From: a virus
Lineage: Duplodnaviria; Caudoviricetes
DNA length: 64,000 bases
Reading direction: 5' to 3' (one strand)
IMG/VR virus record: IMGVR_UViG_3300020049_016424
Span: 64,001-128,000 of that record
The notes under the pieces: model-generated
Database searches by the model: none
Told to the model about the DNA's origin: nothing
What the model saw: only the letters and a program-made list of their open reading frames with translations
Made by a program: the position numbers and the translations under genes
In this document: piece by piece, positions 26,511-33,001 of the stretch
Layout: each line of letters begins with the position of its first letter
Position numbering within the stretch: position 1 is the first letter of the stretch

Positions 26511-26755
26511 GGTAGCTTCTTTCTGGTGCCGAGGAGGGCTCGCCATTCGCGAGCAGAGATCGAGGATTCGATGGCTAGGGCACGACGCCGCGCCGCAGCG
26601 AAGTCCCACGCCAGCTTCACGGGGGATACTTGGCGTCGCAGGGCTCCGCGAGCCAAAAAGTCTCGACGGGCAGCAATCACCTCCTGGCTTCGTACGTACA
26701 CGGCAGATTCATGCACGAAGAGGACGCTTCGCGGAAAGAGGTGTCTCATCGTCAT
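26507..26755 (-). CDS. MRHLFP-variant small basic protein
   Basis: MTMRHLFPRS; same leader variant as 27849-28097. Confidence 0.68.
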   Translation of the reverse strand: MTMRHLFPRSVLFVHESAVYVRSQEVIAARRDFLARGALRRQVSPVKLAWDFAAARRRALAIESSISAREWRALLGTRKKLP

Positions 26756-26952
26756 CTCCGAATGCGCCAGGAGATATACCGAAGGCGTAAGACGGGCTCG
26801 GCGTTATCCCGAGCTCGGAGGGTCAGGTAATACCCAGACAAGCCTTGGCGGGATGCGTAGCGATTCTCAGTGGAGAAGCGCGTGTCTCGCAATAACCGAA
26901 AACTCGACGCCGTCCCGTTCTTCCACGTCCCTTGTGTGAAGGTGTGCTTCAT
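26752..26952 (-). CDS. MKH-leader small basic protein
   Basis: MKHTFTQGTW; YASRQGLSGYY...AEP. Confidence 0.75.
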   Translation of the reverse strand: MKHTFTQGTWKNGTASSFRLLRDTRFSTENRYASRQGLSGYYLTLRARDNAEPVLRLRYISWRIRR

Positions 26953-27245
26953 CAGGGTCTCCTAGGGCGCTTGCCGAGGACGCCTTGTCGCGCAGCAGCG
27001 TGGGCTGCCGTGTCGGCATTGCGACGCAATACCCACAAGGATATGTGCTTACCGGTATGGTTCCCGTAACGTGTGTGCAGTAGGACTTCGTCTGCGGACC
27101 GCGCGGCGCTGGTCGGGTAGCTGCCTGCGCGACCCTCCCAGGACAGGTAGCGTATCCAGATACGAGGACTGTCCCGCTGGCATCGGGTTTCTTCGTAAGC
27201 CCCCTGGGGGCGAACCCACAGCCCCGTAACGAATGCATGCATCAT
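26952..27245 (-). CDS. MKH-leader small basic protein
   Basis: MMHAFVTGLW; WIRYLSWEGRAGSY; AAARQGVLG tail. Confidence 0.72.
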   Translation of the reverse strand: MMHAFVTGLWVRPQGAYEETRCQRDSPRIWIRYLSWEGRAGSYPTSAARSADEVLLHTRYGNHTGKHISLWVLRRNADTAAHAAARQGVLGKRPRRP

Positions 27246-27550
27246 ACGGGCCTCTTCCGGGCCGGCCTCTCGCCGAAGACGCCTTGTTGCGCCGCAACGT
27301 GCGCGAGACGGTCTCCCTCGCGCAGCATCCGGCTGAGCTCGGGCTCGCGCCCCGTGTACCGCCAAAACCGCAGATAGAGCGATGGTTCCGCAGCAGTGCG
27401 CGCCTCCGTGTCCACGTAAACGCCAGTTGTTGCCCCGGTGGAGGACAGGTACCGCACGGCATCGCGGGTACGTGGCGGGCGATGCTGTCGGCGTTCTACA
27501 GCAACCCCCCCGAGACGCCGCCAGGGCCCATCGTAGAAGGCATGGATCAT
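27242..27550 (-). CDS. MKH-leader small basic protein
   Basis: MIHAFYDGPW; AEPSL; AAQQGVFG tail. Confidence 0.72.
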   Translation of the reverse strand: MIHAFYDGPWRRLGGVAVERRQHRPPRTRDAVRYLSSTGATTGVYVDTEARTAAEPSLYLRFWRYTGREPELSRMLREGDRLAHVAAQQGVFGERPARKRPV

Positions 27551-27849
27551 GGTGCTCTCCGTGCGAGGGGTGGGATACCGAGTGCCCCCTCCGCGGCGGC
27601 ACGGACGGCCCTTTCGTGGGCGCGCCACTGCAAGATCGTCAGAGAGACGACGCGGTCAAACCGCTCTGCGTACCGCATGTCTAGCGAGGGCTCTGCGCGC
27701 ATCCAAGCCTCCCACGAAGAATAGCGCCCGCCTCGGCCCCACCAAGAGCGGTACCGAATCCAGCAGTAGGTGTCCCGTTGCCGCAATGCACGGATCTCCC
27801 CGGGGAGGCCTGTGGACACCCAACGCCCTTCCACGAATGCGTGGACCAT
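27547..27849 (-). CDS. MKH-leader small basic protein
   Basis: MVHAFVEGRW; WIRYRSWWGRGGRY...AEPSL. Confidence 0.72.
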   Translation of the reverse strand: MVHAFVEGRWVSTGLPGEIRALRQRDTYCWIRYRSWWGRGGRYSSWEAWMRAEPSLDMRYAERFDRVVSLTILQWRAHERAVRAAAEGALGIPPLARRAP

Positions 27850-28097
27850 CAGCGGGGCCGCCGTGCGCGGTGCGCAGGGATCACGCCGAAGAGTCGGCGC
27901 TGCTCCTCGAGAGGAAGCGTGTGAAGCGCCGCCGCCGCGGCTAGCGTGCGCTTGGTGAGGTATTGCCCGATTTCGTACAAAGGCCGGTTCAGGGCCTTGG
28001 CGTAGCGGGCCAGGCGGGCTCGGACGTGTGCCAGGTGCGCTTCTGCAAACGCCATGCGGGCGCTCGTCGGGGGCTCTCTGGGGAATAGATGTCTCAT
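27849..28097 (-). CDS. MRHLFP-variant small basic protein (first unit of array B)
   Basis: MRHLFPREP; SD GAGGAGG; downstream of a promoter copy. Confidence 0.7.
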   Translation of the reverse strand: MRHLFPREPPTSARMAFAEAHLAHVRARLARYAKALNRPLYEIGQYLTKRTLAAAAALHTLPLEEQRRLFGVIPAHRARRPR

Positions 28098-28117
28098 GCG
28101 CAATCCTCCTCTCGTGA

Positions 28118-28151
28118 TAGTCTTCTACCGTGCCTCAAGTCCATATTACGG
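28118..28151. promoter_or_regulatory. overlapping divergent promoter boxes
   Basis: Plus TAGTCT 28118-28123, 6 nt before terminase GTG, overlaps minus GGTAGAAG 28122-28129 (upstream CCGTAA at 16-nt spacing). Confidence 0.5.
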
Positions 28152-29770
28152 GCTCCCAGTGGGTCCAATCCCATATCTACCTTGGAGGCAAGCCGTTTTC
28201 CCTCGACGACTTCCCGTTCTACACGGACATCTACGATCAGGTGCATCAGGCGATGGTTCTGATGACCTGTCGACAGGTCGCCAAGTCGACGACGATCACG
28301 AATCTCATCACGCAGAACTCGTGCTTGCGGCCGCACTGGCGCAGTCTGTTTGTGGCGCCCACGCAGGAGCAGACAGCGCGTTTCAGCCAGACCCGTCTCA
28401 GCAAGGCACTGCATCTCAGCCCGCGCTTGCAGGGGCGCTGGGTGACGCCCGATCTCTCGAGCCGTGTTTTCCTCAAGATGTTCAAGAACGGCTCCGAAGT
28501 GGCGCTCTCGTACGCCTCTGACGACCCGGACCGTATCCGCGGCATCTCAGCCGACGAGGTTTTCTACGATGAGGTGCAGGACATCGTCTACGACGAGGTC
28601 ATCCCGGTCGTCAACGAGGTGCTCTCACAGAGCGACTACAAGTTCGAGCGCTACTGCGGCACCCCCAAGACGATGGAGGCGTCGCTCGAGAAGCTCTGGC
28701 AGTGGAGCACGCAGACCGAGTGGATGATCCGGTGCCCCGGTTGCAGCAAGTTCTCCGCCCTCATCGACGACAAGTGCATTGGCAAGAACGGCCCGATCTG
28801 TGTCGCGTGCGGCGCCTACCTCGACGTCCGGGCCGGCATCTGGATCGATCACCAGGCCTATGGCCCGAGCCACCAAGGCAAGCAGCTCAAGGGCTACCAC
28901 ATCAGCCAGATGATGCTGCCGAAGAACGTGCCGATCTCGATGCCGGGGGACTCGCGGAGCCAGGAGCTCGCGCAGCGACGTTGGAAGAGCCTCCTCGACA
29001 AGTACGTGACGTACCCGCCGAGCAAGTTCAAGAACGAGGTCATCGGCCGCAGTGACTCGAAGGGCGCGCGGCTGCTCACGCGAGAAGAGCTCGAGGCCTT
29101 CTGCACCGACCGTGTGATCTCGGAGTACCCAGACCCCGGGCACACGTACGACTACCTCGTGGCAGGCGTCGACTGGTCTGGAGGCGGCGGTGAAGGTAAC
29201 TCGCTCACGGCGCTTTGGATCTGGGGCGTACGGCGCGCGGGCGGGCTGCACCGCATCGTCCTCGACACCGTGTACTCCAAGATCTACTCCGAGAACAACC
29301 CCATCTCCGGACAGATCATCGAGGACATCATCACCAAACTGACACACTTCAACGTTGACCTGGTGATTGGTGACGCCGGCGGGGGCGCCCTCGCCAACGA
29401 CTACCTGCAGGAGGCGTTGGGCAGGAACAAGGCTCGGCAGGTGCAGTACCGCCAGACCGCGAATGCCAGCGCCGGACGCCCTCCGTTCTACTGGAACAAG
29501 CTCGACCGGTACATGGCCGAGAAGACGACCATGATCGACCATTTCTTCGTTTACGTGAAGAACGGGGGCGTGCGGTACGCGAACGTGCCGCAGATGAGCG
29601 AAGCGTTCTCGCACATGCTTTCGGTCTACGAGGACCAGTCGAACAACGGGCAAAAGATCTGGAAGCGTACCACTGGCGAGCCCGACGACGCGCTGCACGC
29701 TCAGGTGTTCGGATGGATCGCGGCGAACGTAATCGTGGGTAACGGGATGTTCACCGAGGAGATCGGCTAG
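28130..29770 (+). CDS. terL: terminase large subunit (with Zn ribbon)
   Basis: Walker A-like CRQVAKST, DRIRGISAD, Walker B FYDEVQD, GTPKT, CPGC/CVAC ribbon, nuclease AGVDW...DAGG...PDDALHA. Confidence 0.85.
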   Translation: MPQVHITGSQWVQSHIYLGGKPFSLDDFPFYTDIYDQVHQAMVLMTCRQVAKSTTITNLITQNSCLRPHWRSLFVAPTQEQTARFSQTRLSKALHLSPRLQGRWVTPDLSSRVFLKMFKNGSEVALSYASDDPDRIRGISADEVFYDEVQDIVYDEVIPVVNEVLSQSDYKFERYCGTPKTMEASLEKLWQWSTQTEWMIRCPGCSKFSALIDDKCIGKNGPICVACGAYLDVRAGIWIDHQAYGPSHQGKQLKGYHISQMMLPKNVPISMPGDSRSQELAQRRWKSLLDKYVTYPPSKFKNEVIGRSDSKGARLLTREELEAFCTDRVISEYPDPGHTYDYLVAGVDWSGGGGEGNSLTALWIWGVRRAGGLHRIVLDTVYSKIYSENNPISGQIIEDIITKLTHFNVDLVIGDAGGGALANDYLQEALGRNKARQVQYRQTANASAGRPPFYWNKLDRYMAEKTTMIDHFFVYVKNGGVRYANVPQMSEAFSHMLSVYEDQSNNGQKIWKRTTGEPDDALHAQVFGWIAANVIVGNGMFTEEIG

Positions 29771-30386
29771 TCCGTTTTCCCTGATTACCCGGAGTAGATA
29801 CTGCGGCTGCCAACGGCCATCCTGCGCGCAACCGCCATTTCAATGTAGTGACGCTGATTCCGACATCTCGCGCCCATTCGGTAGCAGGCTTTGTTGTATT
29901 TTCATGCGTGATTTGCAGCACATCTCTGCGGTTTTGCAGGTTCTCTTTTTGCGTAACCCAGCGGCAGTTTTCTTTGCAGTAGTTGCCATTTGTGTCGACC
30001 CGGTCAAGCTGGTATTTTGGAGGGCAGGGGCCCATGTCCGCCAGGAATGTGTGGATGTCGCCCCACTCCGGACACACGCAAATACCACGACCGCCGTAGT
30101 TGGCGTATCCCGTTGCGGCAGGGTTCGTACAGCGCCGATGCATATCTTTCCACTGCTGATATACGCGAGTGTTGCTCTTTCCGTGCACGTACCTGCGCGG
30201 TTTCGTCCGACGAGAACACGCGGAGCACATGTCGTTCCGTTCTAGATTGGATTTGGATTGCAACTTTTCGGTTCCGCATCCGGGACACGCTGCGCGAAAC
30301 AGCGCTACGCCTCGTAGTGTGCGGTGTCCGGAGAAAACAGGATTTATCCAAGCTGTGGCAAAGGGCTCGGCCGTATTATTGCGCAT
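29751..30386 (-). CDS. HNH homing endonuclease
   Basis: HGKSNTRVYQQWKDMHRRCTNP...YGGRGICVC...LDRVDTNGNY..ENCRWVT..N; lower GC than flanks. Confidence 0.85.
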   Translation of the reverse strand: MRNNTAEPFATAWINPVFSGHRTLRGVALFRAACPGCGTEKLQSKSNLERNDMCSACSRRTKPRRYVHGKSNTRVYQQWKDMHRRCTNPAATGYANYGGRGICVCPEWGDIHTFLADMGPCPPKYQLDRVDTNGNYCKENCRWVTQKENLQNRRDVLQITHENTTKPATEWARDVGISVTTLKWRLRAGWPLAAAVSTPGNQGKRTSRSPR

Positions 30387-30391
30387 AGTTA

Positions 30392-30424
30392 TTACCTCCT
30401 AGGGTCTTTGAAGACGTGCTTCAT
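30392..30424 (-). pseudogene. truncated MKH unit (MKHVFKDPRR*)
   Basis: 10 codons; its AGGAGG doubles as the SD of the HNH gene. Confidence 0.6.
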
Positions 30425-30454
30425 GCGCGCCGAGCCCGCAGTACAGGGCATCCC

Positions 30455-30781
30455 TTAGGCACTTCGCGGGCACCAGGCATGGCGTGCCTCCCGGAGCTCG
30501 TCGCGGCGCTCAGACACCACCTCCAACAGTTCACCACCAAACACTGCGCCGGAGTACGGCACACCGGCGGATGCAAACGCTGTTGGGCGCAGAAAACGGC
30601 CGGAGGTAGTGCTCGGACTCTGCGCAAACTCCGCGTGCTCTATCGCGAGATCAAGGCAGGTGCGTCCGAACGTGTCGTATACCCAGCCCCGAGTTTCGAC
30701 GTAGTCCGTGTGGAGCACAGAACGAAGCTGGACATGGGGCGACGTACTGATCCGCCATGCAGTTACGAAAGCGTGCTTCAT
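30455..30781 (-). CDS. MKH-leader small basic protein
   Basis: MKHAFVTAW; WVYDTFGR. Confidence 0.75.
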   Translation of the reverse strand: MKHAFVTAWRISTSPHVQLRSVLHTDYVETRGWVYDTFGRTCLDLAIEHAEFAQSPSTTSGRFLRPTAFASAGVPYSGAVFGGELLEVVSERRDELREARHAWCPRSA

Positions 30782-30784
30782 TTT

Positions 30785-31093
30785 CTAGCCTCGCTCTTTT
30801 CGGTGGGCCAAGCGCCAGTGCACAGGAAAGACCCGCTTGCCTCCAAAGCAAGTCCCATGGATCTCAGGAGCGGCCAGGGAGTACGCGGAAGCGCTGGGCT
30901 TGTGTCGTCCCCGAGAGATCCACCGCAGGGGCGTGCCCAAGAGGCAGTTGTAGCGCGTGTGCAGTTCCGGACGGCCATGTACATCCCATTGCCACTCTCG
31001 GAGCTCTACGCGCCCATTACGCAGCCCCATGAGGCGCAGCTCCCCGGTGGAGGTTTTCACACGGCGCCAGGGGCCTATAAAGACATGCTTCAT
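30785..31093 (-). CDS. MKH-leader small basic protein
   Basis: MKHVFIGPW; WQWDVHGR. Confidence 0.75.
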   Translation of the reverse strand: MKHVFIGPWRRVKTSTGELRLMGLRNGRVELREWQWDVHGRPELHTRYNCLLGTPLRWISRGRHKPSASAYSLAAPEIHGTCFGGKRVFPVHWRLAHRKERG

Positions 31094-31416
31094 CGGACCG
31101 GTTGCGGTAGCGCTGCGCGCCGGCGTTGCAACTTCTCCCTAGGTGTCTGGTGCCCTACGCCGTCGAACTCCAGCCCTGGAGGGGCACTTCTGTGCGCGAA
31201 TGCGGCGGGCCGTATTGCGTGCCCTGCGAGCCGTGCCCGCGTGTGGGCCGTCACGTACTGGCCTAAACGAAGGGAGGCTCGTCCGAACTCGTCGTACCCC
31301 CAGTACCGCGTTTCCGCGACACCTGCGTGCTTGCGACCCGGGGGTGTGTTGCAGAGTCGATTCTCTGTATGCGTGAGCAGCCCCCGCCCCCAAGCCTGTA
31401 CAAATGCGTGTTTCAT
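31090..31416 (-). CDS. MKH-leader small basic protein
   Basis: MKHAFVQAW; WGYDEFGR. Confidence 0.75.
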   Translation of the reverse strand: MKHAFVQAWGRGLLTHTENRLCNTPPGRKHAGVAETRYWGYDEFGRASLRLGQYVTAHTRARLAGHAIRPAAFAHRSAPPGLEFDGVGHQTPREKLQRRRAALPQPVR

Positions 31417-31736
31417 GGAGAGTCCTCCTTGAAGGCCGCGCGGCGCAGAAGCTGCGTTGTCTTGGGTGGCGTGCAGGATATTCCGCCAAAGTCCATCCCG
31501 TATTTAGGCACCCCGGGTTTTGCGTAACTGGCTTTGCGCTTCGCGCGCCCAGGGCTGGAAAACGCGCATCCCGTGAAAAGCCAGTGGGTGATCAGTTCGG
31601 CCCGCCCAAAGACATCCCACTCCCAGTACCGTACTTCACCAAGAGGAGGGTTGACGGACCCCCTTCCAAGTAACACTCGGATCTCGTCGGCGGGGCTGGC
31701 GCCGCGCCGCCACGGCCCCACGAAGGCGTGTTTCAC
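31413..31736 (-). CDS. MKH-leader small basic protein
   Basis: GTG start, KHAFVGPW; WEWDVFGR. Confidence 0.75.
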   Translation of the reverse strand: MKHAFVGPWRRGASPADEIRVLLGRGSVNPPLGEVRYWEWDVFGRAELITHWLFTGCAFSSPGRAKRKASYAKPGVPKYGMDFGGISCTPPKTTQLLRRAAFKEDSP

Positions 31737-32038
31737 TTCTCACCTCGCCGGAGTTTGTGGCTGCTGAGCCGCACAGTAAGCGGCGGAAGATAGCAATGTC
31801 CAAAGATGGACCCTGCGGGGGACGGACCACTTGCAGTATAGGATGAGCCGGGACGGGTCGGCACCGCAGGGCCCCCGGTGTGTCGCACGGAAGTTTCTTC
31901 AAAACGGAGCTGTTGACGTCCGAACATATCAAAGCACCATATTCGGGATTCTCGCCGTGCGTGCGTGTGCACAAAAAACCGCTCTTGTTCTACGCTCAAG
32001 TGCGTGGCACGCCACGGCCCCACAAAGGCGTGCTTCAT
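31733..32038 (-). CDS. MKH-leader small basic protein
   Basis: MKHAFVGPW; WCFDMFGR. Confidence 0.75.
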   Translation of the reverse strand: MKHAFVGPWRATHLSVEQERFFVHTHARRESRIWCFDMFGRQQLRFEETSVRHTGGPAVPTRPGSSYTASGPSPAGSIFGHCYLPPLTVRLSSHKLRRGEK

Positions 32039-32352
32039 GGTCGGGCCATGGCGTAGGCGCGCAGACGTTCGTGGATGTCCGGGCAGCGAACTCCCCCGAA
32101 CCACCGCGTAACACGCATCCCTGCGGCACTGAACGTGTAACGCGGGCGTCCGCGCCGACGCAACAAGCCTCCAGGTAACAGGGTTGTCCGCGTCTTGTCT
32201 CGCGAGGCTACAAGTGTGTTCAAACTGACGCATGCCCGGCCAAACTCATCGTATTCCCATTCTCGGACCTCAAGTAGCCCATGCGAGAGGAGGCGCACGT
32301 CTTCGTGTGGGTATGTGCTGCCCTGCCAAGGCCCGACAAATGCATGTTTCAT
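32035..32352 (-). CDS. MKH-leader small basic protein
   Basis: MKHAFVGPW; SD AAGGAGG; WEYDEFGR. Confidence 0.75.
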   Translation of the reverse strand: MKHAFVGPWQGSTYPHEDVRLLSHGLLEVREWEYDEFGRACVSLNTLVASRDKTRTTLLPGGLLRRRGRPRYTFSAAGMRVTRWFGGVRCPDIHERLRAYAMARP

Positions 32353-32367
32353 GGTCGATGCCTCCTT

Positions 32368-32685
32368 TCAGCCCGGCCGCAACCGATGGCGCCTAGCCCG
32401 CGCAGGCACCGATCGACAAAACACCCCGTTGAAGACGATCAGCTCCTCACCATAGACACCTGCCTGCGCAAAAGCAGGGAGAGCCTTCAAGCCGCCTGGA
32501 AGGCTGAAAGACGTCGAGGCTGCGCGCAAGCCGTCGTAGGGCATGATGACCCGCGTTCCACGCCCAAACGCGTCGTAGGCCCGGCAACGCGATTCCGTCC
32601 AGTGGTTGTGGGTTTGCCGGTACTGCCAATGCCCGTGCGGGTACACAACACACTGCCACGGTGTGCGCAAGAATATGTGCTTCAT
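32368..32685 (-). CDS. MKH-leader small basic protein
   Basis: MKHIFLRTPW; AYDAFGR. Confidence 0.75.
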   Translation of the reverse strand: MKHIFLRTPWQCVVYPHGHWQYRQTHNHWTESRCRAYDAFGRGTRVIMPYDGLRAASTSFSLPGGLKALPAFAQAGVYGEELIVFNGVFCRSVPARARRHRLRPG

Positions 32686-32990
32686 GGCGCTTTTTCCTGT
32701 GCACGGATGCGGCGTGTGAGACGCGCTGCTGGCCCTTGGTTCAGTTCGTCGCCAAACCACACTACCAGGGGCCACCGGATGCCGGCGTCAGCGTACGCGG
32801 GCGCGTATTCGAGGGGGCCCGAAGTGCCGACGCTTTTACGCAAAATCCCGCGACGTATTGGGGCTACGCAACTACGTCCGAATTCGTCATATGCAATGAT
32901 CCGGCCCTCCCACCATCCGGAAGAGGTCTGGCGAAACTGCCCGTTCTTCAGCGCGCTCAGTCGCCACGCTCCAACACTTGTGTGCTTCAT
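32682..32990 (-). CDS. MKH-leader small basic protein
   Basis: MKHTSVGAW; SD AAGGAGG; AYDEFGR. Confidence 0.75.
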   Translation of the reverse strand: MKHTSVGAWRLSALKNGQFRQTSSGWWEGRIIAYDEFGRSCVAPIRRGILRKSVGTSGPLEYAPAYADAGIRWPLVVWFGDELNQGPAARLTRRIRAQEKAP

Positions 32991-33001
32991 GTGCCTCCTT
33001 G

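Larger units (their letters stand above)
20357..28097 (-). repeat. MKH mini-ORF array B (34 units)
   Basis: 34 tandem ORFs of 32-102 aa with M[KMIRV]Hx[F] leader; 25 four-base overlaps, 4 one-base overlaps, 4 short gaps. Confidence 0.9.
30392..32990 (-). repeat. MKH mini-ORF array C (8 full units of 101-108 aa plus 1 stub)
   Basis: All begin MKHx[FS]; all full units share [YWF]-D-x-[FH]-G-R; starts 12 nt after the DNA polymerase stop. Confidence 0.9.

Noticed and set aside
9249-32990. MKH arrays as a CRISPR array or integron cassette array
   Set aside because: The recurring element is only about 15 nt, varies synonymously, and the intervening 150-330 nt are open frames with no intergenic space; no attC-like hairpins or integrase are visible.
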